From Macrostomum hystrix (lineage: Eukaryota > Animalia > Platyhelminthes), in assembly GCA_950097015.1 (NCBI GenBank), contig CATNEN010000041.1, forward strand, positions 1,612,001 to 1,676,000: a stretch of DNA of 64,000 nucleotides, read 5' to 3'. The first letter of the stretch is position 1. Each line of letters starts with the position of its first letter. This document shows, in pieces, positions 34,986 through 46,829 of this stretch. The translations under genes and the position numbers were made by a program. A model generated the notes under the pieces. That model had not been told where the DNA came from. It saw nothing but the letters and a program-made list of their open reading frames with translations, and did no database searches.

Positions 34986-35716
34986 TGAGCAGAAGGGCAG
35001 GCGGGCTTGTGCGGGATTTCGACCCAGTTTCCAGGCCGTTTTGCTGCGGCTCGAGATTTAGTTTTCCGGGCCAGCCGAGCGCAGTCTCTCAGAAGCAGCA
35101 GATGCCAGTGCTGCCAGATATGAGTCAATTTATATGCAAGCGCACAGATGTCACTTAGCCCCAGTATCAGCCCCAGATAAGGACTAGGAAAAAGTGCAAA
35201 TCACTGGGTGAAAAATTTTCCCACTTGAACCTAGAAAACTTATTTGACTGTTCACCCGGGAATTCTCAGTGATCCCCATTAGTCTCTCAAATTACTGTCG
35301 GACCCGGCAAGGAAGCGGCAGGTGATACTTTGCTGCCAGGCACATCTGCCAGCCTCACAACCCTGCGCCCTCGTGCACTTTTCATGTTCAGCCGGTCTGT
35401 AGTCAAGCCTAGTCAAAGAGGATTCCAGTCTTCCCAACTTTCTGCTGCTCACGAAACAGAGCTCTACACACCGCAACTTTTTCTATTGTTCCCTTTGTTC
35501 TGAATCTTTCATTGTTCTACAGAATTTTCAATGAATAAAAGACTGCAGAAGCAAAGTGGAGAATCAAAGTTTTGTCAATCTGCGCGAGTTACAGGCGGGT
35601 AAACTCGATTGGTTTGTCAGAGATTGAATTGGGAATATTTTTTCTTCATGTCTAAAACTTTTGTTAACACACCGGCTATAGAAGTGACGACTTGTGGAAA
35701 TACCTGCAAGCTGCTT

Positions 35717-38011
35717 CCAAGCTTCTAACTTCCAGCTTCTAGCTTCCAGCTTCTAGCTTCCAGCTTCTAGCTTCCAGCTTCTAGCTTCTAGCTTCCAGCT
35801 TCTAGCTTCCAGCTTCTAGCTTCTAGCTTCCAGCTTCTAGCTTCTAGCTTCTAGCTTCTAGGTTCCAGCTTCTAGCTTCCAGCTTCTAGCTTCCAGCTTC
35901 TAGCTTCTAGCTTCTAGCTTCCAGGTTCCAGCTTCTAACTTCCAGCTTCTAGCTTCCAGCTTCTAGCTTCCAGCTTCTAGCTTCCAGCTTCTAGCTTCCA
36001 GCTTCTAGCTTCCAGCTTCTAGCTTCTAGCTTCCAGCTTCTAGCTTCTAGCTTCCAGCTTCTAGCTTCTAGCTTCTAGCTTCTAGCTTCTAGCTTCTAGC
36101 TTCCAGCTTCTGGCTTCCAGCTTCTAGCTTCCAGCTTCTAGCTTCTGGCTTCCAGCTTCTAGCTTCCAGCTTCTAGCTTACAGCTTCTAGCTTCTAGCTT
36201 CTAGCTTCCAGCTTCTAGCTTCCAGCTTCTAGCCTCTAGCTTCTAGCTTCTGGCTTTCAGCTTCTAGCTTCTAGCTTCTAGCTTCTAGCTTATAGCTTCC
36301 AGCTTCTAGCTTCCAGCTTCCAGCTTCCAGCTTCTAGCTTCCAGCTTCTAGCTTCCAGCTTCTAGCTTCCAGCTTCCAGCTTCCAGCTTCTAGCTTCCAG
36401 CTTCTAGCTTCTAGCTTCTAGCTTCTAGGTTCCAGCTTCTAGCTTCCAGCTTCTAGCTTCCAGCTTCTAGCTTCCAGCTTCTAGCTTCCAGCTTCTAGCC
36501 TCTAGCTTCTGGCTTCTAGCTTCTGGCTTCCAGCTTCTGGCTTCCAGCTTCTAGCTTCCAGCTTCTAGCTTCCAGCTTCTAGTTTCCAGTTTCTAGCTTC
36601 CAGCTTCCAGCTTCCAGCTTCTAGCTTCCAGCTTCTAGCCTCTAGCTTCTGGCTTCTAGCTTCTGGCTTCCAGCTTCTGGCTTCCAGCTTCTAGGTTCCA
36701 GCTTCTAGCTTCCAGCTTCTAGCTTCCAGCTTCCAGCTTCTAGCTTCTAGCTTCCAGCTTCTAGCCTCTAGCTTCTGGCTTCTAGCTTCTGGCTTCCAGC
36801 TTCTGGCTTCCAGCTTCTAGCTTCCAGCTTCTAGCTTCCAGCTTCTAGCTTCCAGTTTCTAGCTTCCAGCTTCCAGCTTCTAGCTTCTAGCTTCTAGCTT
36901 CTAGCTTCCAGCTTCTAGCTTCCAGCTTCTAGCTTACAGCTTCTAGCTTCTAGCTTCTAGCTTCCAGCTTCTAGCTTCCGGCTTCTAGCCTCTAGCTTCT
37001 AGCTTCTGGCTTTCAGCTTCTAGCTTACAGCTTCTAGCTTCTAGCTTCTAGCTTCCAGCTTCTAGCTTCCAGTTTCTAGCTTCCAGCTTCCAGCTTCCAG
37101 CTTCTAGCTTCCAGCTTCTAGCCTCTAGCTTCTGGCTTCTAGCTTCTGGCTTCCAGCTTCTGGCTTCCAGCTTCTAGGTTCCAGCTTCTAGCTTCCAGCT
37201 TCTAGCTTCCAGCTTCCAGCTTCTAGCTTCTAGCTTCCAGCTTCTAGCCTCTAGCTTCTGGCTTCTAGCTTCTGGCTTCCAGCTTCTGGCTTCCAGCTTC
37301 TAGCTTCCAGCTTCTAGCTTCCAGCTTCTAGCTTCCAGTTTCTAGCTTCCAGCTTCCAGCTTCTAGCTTCTAGCTTCTAGCTTCTAGCTTCCAGCTTCTA
37401 GCTTCCAGCTTCTAGCTTCCAGCTTCTAGCTTACAGCTTCTAGCTTCTAGCTTCTAGCTTCCAGCTTCTAGCTTCCAGCTTCTAGCCTCTAGCTTCTAGC
37501 TTCTGGCTTTCAGCTTCTAGCTTACAGCTTCTAGCTTCTAGCTTCTAGCTTCCAGCTTCTAGCTTCCAGCTTCCAGCTTCCAGCTTCTAGCTTACAGCTT
37601 CTAGCTTCCAGCTTCTAGCTTCCAGCTTCTAGCTTCCAGCTTCTAGCTTCCAGCTTCTAGCTTCCAGCTTCTAGCTTCCAGCTTCTAGCTTCCAGCTTCT
37701 AGCTTCCAGCTTCTAGCTTCCAGCTTCTAGCTTCCAGCTTCTAGCTTACAGCTTCTAGCTTCCAGCTTCTAGCTTCCAGCTTCTAGCTTCCAGCTTCTAG
37801 CTTCCAGCTTCTAGCTTCCATCTTCCAGCTTCCAGCTTCCAGCTTCTATCTTCCAGCTTCCAGCTTCTAGCTTCCATCTTCCAGCTTCTAGCTTCCAGCT
37901 TCTATCTTCCAGCTTCCAGCTTCTAGCTTCCAGCTTCTAGCTTCCAGCTTCTAGCTTCTAGCTTCCAGCTTCCAGCTTCTAGCTTCCAGCTTCTAGCTTC
38001 CAGCTTCTAGC
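35717..38011. repeat. 7-bp satellite (GCTTCTA/GCTTCCA), about 325 copies, with higher-order structure
   Basis: Continuous 7-bp periodicity over 2.3 kb; rare variants recur at 483-bp spacing. Confidence 0.98.
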
Positions 38012-38437
38012 TCAATGCCAGCTAACTGGGCAATCGTCAGCAATCAAAAGGGGAAGATTTTCCATTTTTAGAAGCGACTCTGTGAAGAACGCGCGGGCCT
38101 TGTCCGAATTCCGTGACAAGCAGCGCGCGGGTGGCTGAGACAGATAAGAGAGCCAAGAAAATCAGGGAGTTCCGGCGCCTCCTCAATGGGAAGTTCGGAT
38201 TAGGGAAAATCGTGTTTTTTAGCGGTGACTCGGCAGGCCTTTGAACCCCTGAGCTCGGGGCTCCAGCTTCCTGGGGATCCGGGATCGGGCAGGGTAGCAG
38301 ACAGCCCCGGCCCGCAGGAAATTAGGGCCTGGGCTGCTTCCTTTCATCCCCTGTGCATCTCTTTCTCCCAACTGCAATTCTCCCCACTGCCCTGCTTCAC
38401 ATTCCTGCTCTCCTCTGTGTGGTATCCATTGTCTCAA

Positions 38438-38768
38438 CTCTGACTGTCTTCCCCTCAGCTCTGACTGTCTCCCCCTCAGCTCTGACTGCCTTCCCCTCAG
38501 CTCTGACTGTCTCCCCCTCAGCTCTGACTGTCTCCCCCTCAGCTCTGACTGTCTCCCCCTCAGCTCTGACTGTCTTCCCCTCAGCTCTGACTGTCTCCCC
38601 CTCAGCTCTGACTGTCTTCCCCTCAGCTCTGACTGTCTTCCCCTCAGCTCTGACTGTCTTCCCCTCAGCTCTGACTGTCTTCCCCTCAGCTCTGACTGTC
38701 TTCCCCTCAGCTCTGACTGTCTTCCCCTCAGCTCTAATTGTCTCCCCCTCAGCTCTGACTGTCTCCCT
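38438..38768. repeat. 21-bp minisatellite, about 16 copies
   Basis: Unit CTCTGACTGTCT(T/C)CCCCTCAG. Confidence 0.96.
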
Positions 38769-39444
38769 TTAAACCCTGACAGTCTAAGAAATGCAGAAAC
38801 AGTGGTTAAATAGATGCACTTTAAGCCCGCAGTCATTCAAGCACGGAGTCGACCAAAAAGGGATTTCAGTTTTATCCTGTTCTGTGGGAACAAAAGTCCC
38901 CAAAATGCCACTGCAAAAATCGGCTAGCAAATGTTGATGCGACTGGCACTGCATTGGGTTGCCGGCCCCTAATCCCACAGAGGATCAGGAATAATCCCGT
39001 TTCGCCCGATCGCGTTTTCCGAATGAGGCAAAGTTTGCACTTTGTTTAAACGGATCAGTGCAGCCCAGACATGAAGTGCGACTGCAGATTTCTCGCCCGT
39101 CGGACCAGGCGCCGAGAAACGATGACAGACGGCTGTCGGTAGCACCTGATCCGGGCGAACCCGAGGTCGGGCAAACACGCCGGAGAAGGCGGGGGTCGGA
39201 CTGGCTCATCGATCCCCGAAAATCTCAAGAAAAGTCCCCGCCGCAGCAGGCAAAGGCGAGCGGGCGTCAGTTTATTTGCTTTTTCTGGCACAGGGCTGGA
39301 GTTAGACTGCAAACCTCACTGCTAGCTTTCTTATCACTGGGAAGCTGTGGTCCTGCCCCCATGCTCACATAGAGCATCAACTGGATCCGAATCGATAAAC
39401 TAATTCTAGTTTCCACAACCAGATAAATTAGAAACACTGTACAA

Positions 39445-40535
39445 AAATAGAAAGATAAGACACCAGAACCACTGGATTCGTAACTGAAACCACTAGATTC
39501 GGAACTAGAGTCACTAGATTCGGAACTGGAGCCACTAGATTCGTAACTGAAACCACTAGATTCGTAACTGAAACCACTAGATTCGTAACTGAAACCACTA
39601 GATTCGGAACTGAAACCACTAGATTCGGAACTAGAGTCACTAGATTCGGAACTGGAGCCACTAGATTCGTAACTGAAACCACTAGATTCGGAACTGAAAC
39701 CACTAGATTCGGAACTAGAGCCACTAGATTCGGAACTAGAGCCACTAGATTCGTAACTGAAACCACTAGATTCGGAACTGAAACCACTAGATTCGGAACT
39801 GAAACCACTAGATTCGGAACTAGAGCCACTAGATTCGGAACTAGAGCCACTAGATTCGGAACTGGAACCACTGGATTCGGAACTGGAGCCACTGGATTCG
39901 GAACTGGAGCCACTAGATTCGGAACTAGAGCCACTAGATTCGGAACTGGAGCCACTAGATTCGGAACTGGAGCCACTAGATTCGGAACTAGAGCCACTGG
40001 ATTCGGAACAAGAAACACTAGATTAGTAGCAAGAACCACTGGATTCGGAACTGGAACCACAAGTTTCAGAACAAGAAACACTAGATTAGTAGCAGGAACC
40101 ACTGGATTCGGAACTAGAGCCACTGGATTCGGAACTAGAGCCACTGGATTCGGAACTAGAGCCACTGGATTCGGAACCAGAATCACGGGATTAGGAACTA
40201 GAGCCACTAGATTCGGAACTAGAGCCACTAGATTCGGAACTGGAACCACTGGATTCGGAACTGGAGCCACTGGATTCGGAACTGGAGCCACTAGATTCAG
40301 AACTAGAGCCACTAGATTCGGAACTGGAGCCACTAGATTCGGAACTAGAGCCACTAGATTCGGAACTGGAGCCACTAGATTCGGAACTGGAGCCACTAGA
40401 TTCGGAACTAGAGCCACTGAATTCAAAACAGGAACCGCTAGATTCGGAACTAGAGCCACTAGATTCGGAACTGGAGCCACTAGATTCGGAACTGGAGCCA
40501 CTAGATTCGGAACTGGAGCCACTAGATTCGGAACT
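39445..40535. repeat. 21-bp minisatellite, about 52 copies
   Basis: Unit CCACTAGATTCGGAACTGGAG with variants. Confidence 0.96.
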
Positions 40536-41073
40536 ACAAATATAAAATTGGTATAAACTAAAGAAAGAGGTTGGCTGCCTAATAACATTTAGAATAGCGT
40601 GATACACAAGGTGAGCAGTCTTGTGCTCACAACGGCTCACTAGCAGCAAAAGTACAGAACGGCAGCCCCCCGTCCCGCATTCTCAACGCAGAGCCGTCAC
40701 GACTCAAACGGAGGCCAGATCTTGATCTCAGCGTTGCTTCCTGCTCAAGCGGAGGAAGTATTGAATGCAGCTTCCCCTTTCTCAATTCATCAAGAAAACA
40801 GACGCCATTGTGAGGTGGGAACAGAACACAGACCCAAGTCAGGTCAGAGGCCTAAACTGATCTCAATCGAAGGCTTGATAGCAAAGCCGAAACTCGCTGC
40901 CAAGTCGGAACAGGATTTCAGATTTTAGATATGTACTATGTGCATATATTGCGTATGAAACATGCAGTAGTTGCGGGTTGTTGCTATGCAATGATAATTC
41001 TGTGACTGCTCAAATTACTGCTGCAACATCCGCTAATACTCATGCGATGACCCAGGGTGCCGGCCCAGCGGAC

Positions 41074-42516
41074 TCAGGCGGTTTCAGAGGCGGCGCCAGC
41101 GCAGCAGAGAAGCGACACGGCTGCGGAGGACTGCGGCCTCTTTTGCGAGTTCAAGGAGGCTGCCGCGGCTGCGGGAGCTTCCGATGCTGAGGCCACTGCT
41201 GCTGCCTCGGTGACGCCTTCAGCACCGCCGTTGCACCTGGCAGCCAGGTGGGACTGAATGGCCAGGCCCAGCAGGTCCGGGTCGATGTCCGCGCCGTAGA
41301 CGTCCCAGGTCTGGCCGTTCTCGTCGAAGCTGACATCCCGCGGAGGCGGCGGTCGCGACAAGCCCGAAGGTCCGGGCACGTCGACGCTGCACCGATCGAA
41401 GCTCCGATGGCAGGCGTCGCAGAGGGAACCGCGCCGGCCTGATGACGGCGTCTGCGATGAAGGTGACGACGGCTGTTGTGGGTGCGTTGGCGAAGGCGTG
41501 TGACGCGGTGGCGGTGGCGACCGACGTTGCTTAGGCGTTGCGGTCGGCGAATCTGTTGGAGAACTTGACGCTGCTGCAGCCGGAGCTGATGGGGCGGTGG
41601 CTGCCGCGGCCGAAGATTGCCCTGCTGCAGCCAAGTGATGAGGCATGACCAGCCGGTTTTGCTTCGGGTCGATGAAGCAGACCTGCTTGCGCACTGGCTG
41701 CTTCTGCTGGCGATTCGGCGATGAGGTCAGGCAGGGAGGCAGCGGCGGCTCGGACGGTAGCGAGATGACTTCGATCAGCTGGGCCATGTGGTTCTGCTGG
41801 ACTGACTTCTCGAACTGCTGGATGCTGGCGATGATGGAGCGGATGTCGGAGTCCGAGCACACGATGCCACCGCCGTCGCCCGCAGCAGCCGGGGCAGCCG
41901 TCGCAGGCGGCGAGGTTGCTGCCGCTCTTTGAATCGACGTCGGCGCGTGGGCAAGCAACACATCGGGCGGCGGCGGCCAGTCCGCCACGGAGACGTTGCC
42001 GCAGTTGGTCTGCACGGCGTGGCGCTGAATGCGCAGCTTCAAGTTCCGCATCTTGTCCAGCAGCTGCTCTGAGCGGGACATCTCCCGGGCGCTGGGCTGC
42101 AGCAACCGCTCCAGGGTTGGATTGCGGCCCGCCGGCTTCCTCCGCGCCTGCTGGCCACCGCCGGAGTTCTGGCGCTGGTGCGCCGAGGTCAGCGGGCGCT
42201 GCTGGGACGATGAAGCGGAAGTTTCCGGCTCTGGGCAAGACACAGAGCGCCGAGCCGCCCTCGGCTGCTTCTGGCGCTGCTTTCGTAGCTGCTGCTGCTG
42301 CTGCTGTAGCTGCTCCTGGTGCGAGTGCTGCGGCTGCAGCTGGTGAGGAAGTCGCGGCTTGGGCAGAGGAATCAGCGGGCTGACTATGTAGGCGTTCATC
42401 TTGTCGGCAAAGTCGGTGTCGTGGTGGATGGAGGTCCTGCGACCAGTCCGGGTGCTTATGATCGTCACGACCGGGCGGCCCTGAAGCGGCTCCGCCATGG
42501 CCTCTTCGTCAGTCAC
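41074..42516 (-). CDS. GPRIN: GPRIN-like protein (G protein-regulated inducer of neurite outgrowth C-terminal domain), single exon, 480 aa
   Basis: The C-terminal RDVSFDENGQTWDVYGADIDPDLLGLAIQSHL matches the GRIN_C signature (RDVxWDExGxTWEVYGAxxDxExLGxAIQxHL). It is followed by a terminal Cys-Cys as in GPRINs; the rest is low-complexity. Confidence 0.8.
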   Translation of the reverse strand: MTDEEAMAEPLQGRPVVTIISTRTGRRTSIHHDTDFADKMNAYIVSPLIPLPKPRLPHQLQPQHSHQEQLQQQQQQLRKQRQKQPRAARRSVSCPEPETSASSSQQRPLTSAHQRQNSGGGQQARRKPAGRNPTLERLLQPSAREMSRSEQLLDKMRNLKLRIQRHAVQTNCGNVSVADWPPPPDVLLAHAPTSIQRAAATSPPATAAPAAAGDGGGIVCSDSDIRSIIASIQQFEKSVQQNHMAQLIEVISLPSEPPLPPCLTSSPNRQQKQPVRKQVCFIDPKQNRLVMPHHLAAAGQSSAAAATAPSAPAAAASSSPTDSPTATPKQRRSPPPPRHTPSPTHPQQPSSPSSQTPSSGRRGSLCDACHRSFDRCSVDVPGPSGLSRPPPPRDVSFDENGQTWDVYGADIDPDLLGLAIQSHLAARCNGGAEGVTEAAAVASASEAPAAAAASLNSQKRPQSSAAVSLLCCAGAASETA

Positions 42517-43036
42517 TTCGGCACCGCCAAAAGGACTTCAGGGGCCTCCATGTGATTCCGAGAATTGCGCGCATCGAGAACCGGCCTCTCAAATATGAGC
42601 ATTCTTTCACTTAGAGTTGTTGCACTTTCTCCAAAGTCGCTGGCCTGATTTGACACCCCCGGCCAACCAGCCGCCCGCCCGCCTCCTCGGCTCCGCCGCT
42701 GGTTGGTCCGCAGCCGGGCCCAGCGAATCCGCGGGGCACTTTGCGGTGTGCCATTCACTGCAACAGCCCGCAGGCAGGCCTCGGCCTTCATTCACGAAAG
42801 TGGGCGGCCGACACCACAGCCAGCTCCTCCCCTCCTCCACTCTCACGGTAACCAGGCGGGCTTGGTAAAGAAAATGAACTCAAGACTCGCTCCAAGGACT
42901 GGCGCGTGCAGCTTTCAGCCTGAGTGGGAGCTCCCGGGTCCGGTTGGGGAAGTATTTCACTGCCTACCGCGGGGATTTTAATTATTTATGCAGTGCCAGC
43001 CACTGGGAGGCCTCAAGCACGCACCACCGAGCCTTC

Positions 43037-43080
<44 letters not shown>
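43037..43080. repeat. (CAG)n microsatellite, about 14 copies, upstream of the GPRIN-like gene
   Basis: Pure AGC/CAG run. Confidence 0.95.
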
Positions 43081-43081
<1 letters not shown>

Positions 43082-43704
43082 TGCCTTGTCTCCGGGAGCG
43101 TCAGCACCAACCACCCCGCGCCGGTAAATTATTCCCCCCCGCCTCGCAAAGTTTCCAATCTTTTAATTTGAGAATGAATTAGAAAATTGCCGGCAATTCT
43201 CTCAGCATTCTCGGCTGCTTCATTGAGGCCTCAAGCAGGTCGAAGGCATGAAAATGAGCACAGAAGGCACTCGTGTTGGCTAATTTTTTGCTGCTTCGAA
43301 TCGGCGAGCCGAATTATAAAACTCAACTCAGTGACACTGAATAAGATCACGGTGAGAGCACAGCTGAGCAGCAGCCTCATCTCAGCCATCTGGTGTAACG
43401 GAATTTAGAACAAAGTCCGCACAATGTCAACACTGATCCATTTATTATTCATTTGCCTCACGGAATGAAGATGCAGCAGCACCAGGGATTCTGGGCGCCC
43501 AGTTGATCTAGACTGAATTTCGTATTGGAACACATGCGCGTGCGATGGGCGCTAATCCTCAACCTCAGCCCAAACCTCTGGGCAGGAACTAGATTTGCTA
43601 AATCAGAACATTTTGCCTCCTATATTCCAATTTGAGAGAGTCCAAGGTGCCGCTGCCACTGGGGATATTTTAAATGCTGTTTTTAGGAGAAATCAATAAT
43701 CGAT

Positions 43705-43990
43705 TCCTGTTGGGAGAATTCGGAACTAATTCCCAGTGGGAGAATTCGGGAACTCATTCATATTGGGAGAATTTGCTATTAATTCCCAGTGGGAGAATTC
43801 GGGAACTCATTCATATTGGGAGAATTCGGGAATTCATTAATATTGCGAGAATTCGGAACTAATTCCCAGTGGGAGAATTCGGGAAGTAAGTCATTTTGGG
43901 AGAGTTCGGAACTAATTCCCATTGGGAGAATTTGCGATTAATTCCCAGTGGGAGAATTCGAGAACTAATTACCATCGGGAGAATTCGGTG
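43705..43990. repeat. Diverged about 26-bp repeat built on TGGGAGAATTCG, about 11 copies
   Basis: GGGAGAATT recurs at about 25-28-bp spacing with alternating AACTAATTCCCAG / AACTCATTCATAT spacers. Confidence 0.88.
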
Positions 43991-46069
43991 CGCATCAGGG
44001 TCGGAGTATCGGGGTGCCTTATTACTATTAGGAGAATTTTATGGTTCTCCCATGGATACTATTAGCACTAAATACAGAAAGTGTTTCTGGTTACTATGGG
44101 TTTTCCCAATGGTCGGGAGAAAATTAAGAAACAAGAATAGGGATATTGTCTGGACTTGAAATTTTCTCTTAAGCCGATAGTTCAGGGCCGGTCAACAATG
44201 GCCGCATAAACAGGGGAATCCACATAAAGAATGCGAATGAGCTGCGATCCGGCCAGATTCCCTGCAGAAGCCGTCAGCAGCGGAGTCGCTGGCCGCTCAG
44301 AGCGTAGAAAATAGTTTCTGAGCAAGTAGAACGGGGAGAAATTGATTTGGCCAATGTACAGAAAATGATCAAAGCAATTTATGACTGGCGGGTGAGCGGT
44401 AGCTCGAACCCACAATTGCGAATCGCACTGCTCTGTTGGGGGTGTGCCTTTGGCTGAGCAGACTCACCCAATTATCCGACAATCCCCAGGGACACAAGCG
44501 GCTGGTAGGGAGAGATAGCGGAACCAAACCCGTTGCAGATAATCCGACTGCACTGGCTAAGCTCTAAGCTGCCACCCGTTTCGCACTCGATTGCAGGCGG
44601 ATTAGGGAGGCCAGGATTAGCAGCGATTTGACGCCTGGCTGAATCTAAGTACTTCAGTTGAGCAGCTGTGCTCACTGTGGCAGTAACTGGCACTGCCACA
44701 TACTGCAGCTGCCAATTGACTGAGCAGTGGTTGAGCAGTCGGCCTGCTGGGGCCACAACCCAGGCTGACTTTCTCTCGGCAAGGCATGGAGTTGAATCGT
44801 TGAAATCCTGACTGAAGATCCATTTTTCCCATTGCGCAATTGCTATCAGTACACAGCCTATCAGCGCTTTGAATTTCACCAGCGTATGCCTCAATCATCT
44901 AAGCCTTCGGTGTCTACTGGACCTTCAACGGGTGGCACAGATGTGCAGCCGACAGCACAGCCGCAGCTATTGCGCGGTACATCTGTTCAAGGGGGGACGC
45001 CACAGCACCCCAGCTATTGCCTTTTCGCATGTAACAGTAGAAAGACAACAGGGTGTTTTAAATCCCCACTGCCTACTTCACGACAGCTCCCAAACCGAAT
45101 GACCGATGACCGTGAAAGTCCAACAAATGGATCAAACTTTTCCGCCCTTTACGGTGAGCTCACTTTCAAAGCCGTCCGACGCCAGCATCGTCGAGATATT
45201 CAGCGATTTTGACGAAGACTCTGGTGGCAAGTTTACCGACCTACCTATCGAACTACCGACCGTGAGTCCGACGCCGAAACCACCAGATTATACAACCACA
45301 AAAAATTTAAAATGAGTAAAAAATACAGAAGGGAGTCAAATCTTTAAATGAAGTTAAAACTGCAATCGACGCAATCGATCGCCTGTACCATCGATCGCCT
45401 GGCTCACAGTATATTTCATGCAGTAGAGGGTTCGGGAGTTCGCCTGTGCCACTCGGCTCACAGTCTATTTCATGCAGTAGAGGGTTCGGGAGTTCGCGGT
45501 CGAGCACAAGGGACTAGAGAGCTGAGGGTGGGCCTAAGGACAGTTGGCACACGGGACTGACCAACAATAGCACAGAGTGCACAGAGCAATGCCACCGAGA
45601 TAATCGCCGTGAAAGCAAGAAGGAGAACCTAACAATTAACGGAACAGCTAAAGTTAAGCACTAGAGTTATTCCGTTATTTTTCCAGCATTGTTTAAGTGA
45701 GAAACAAGCAAAACGAAAGCAAAAACCAATGCGAAACAATGAATTGCCAATTGTCAGTCATAGTGCGTAATAATATTAGGTAAAGCACTCTGTGCGTAGA
45801 GTTACCGCCATAGGCGACAACAAAAAATGATATCTGATTCTAAGCATGATAATTTAAAACGATTACCAAATGCCCATGGTGCTACTGATCGTTTAACAGG
45901 CGATCAGTAGCACATGAAGCGCAGAACATAAGGAAAATAGAGTAACTGCAACCAGATTTAAAGAATTTCTGTGCCATGATGCAGACAGTCTACTAATTAG
46001 TGGCACTGGCAGCAACCTCAAATGAAACCATTTTCAAGGGCCTCAACATTCCATTCAGGCCAATTTTGA

Positions 46070-46614
46070 AGGGCCTTTGAAGAGCCCTTTGAAGGGCCTT
46101 TAACCCTGCATTCTAGACAGTGTTGAAGGGCCTTTAACCCTGCATTCTAGACAGTGTTGAAGGGCCTTAAACCCTGCATTCTAGACAGTGTTGAAGGGCC
46201 TTAAACCCTGCATTCTAGACAGTGTTGAAGGGCCTTAAACCCTGCATTCTAGACAGTGTTGAAGGGCCTTAAACCCTGCATTCTAGACAGTTTTGAAGGG
46301 CCTTAAACCCTGCATTCTAGACAGTTTTGAAGGGCCTTAAACCCTGCATTCTAGACAGTGTTGAAGGGCCTTAAACCCTGCATTCTAGACAGTGTTGAAG
46401 GGCCTTAAACCCTGCATTCTAGACAGTTTTGAAGGGCCTTAAACCCTGCATTCTAGACAGTTTTGAAGGGCCTTAAACCCTGCATTCTAGACAGTTTTAA
46501 AGGGCCTTAAACCCTGCATTCTAGACAGTGTTGAAGGGCCTTAAACCCTGCATTCTAGACAGCTCTGAAGGGCCTTAAACCCTGCATTCTAGACAGCTCT
46601 GAAGGGCCTTGAAC
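46070..46614. repeat. 34-bp minisatellite, about 15 copies, downstream of TBL2
   Basis: Unit TTGAAGGGCCTTAAACCCTGCATTCTAGACAGT(G/T). Confidence 0.96.
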
Positions 46615-46829
46615 CGTCCATTCAGGTCATTTTAATGACTTCATTTTTATGAATGAAGCCTTTTTAAGTTTTTATGAATCTAAAAACCCGGAAATGATTG
46701 TGTTGGAAAAAACACGCAAAAGACAAGAAAGAGTCGGCTATAACAAGTCAAGCAGTATTTGGCAAGTGCATAGATAACAGAAACTTCTGTTTCATACTTC
46801 TGATTCCAAGCACTAGTTTGTCTCGCAGC

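Noticed and set aside
35717-38011. Heat-shock-element array in the GCTTCTA satellite
   Set aside because: TTC recurs every 7 bp in one orientation. HSEs need alternating inverted nGAAn pentamers.
39428-40649. 386-aa VPNLVAP ORF and Ser-rich SSESSGS ORF beginning after an acceptor-like TTTGTAG
   Set aside because: Codons of the VPNLVAP frame cannot reach a stop by single substitution, so openness is uninformative. Variants are largely non-synonymous there, and the other frames contain stops.
44182-45560. Several 65-140-aa ORFs as transposon remnants
   Set aside because: No transposase, RT or integrase motifs recognised.
46070-46614. CRISPR-like appearance of the 34-bp partly palindromic repeat (also the 35-, 44- and 47-bp arrays)
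   Set aside because: Units are head-to-tail with no unique spacers, there are no cas genes, and the context is eukaryotic.
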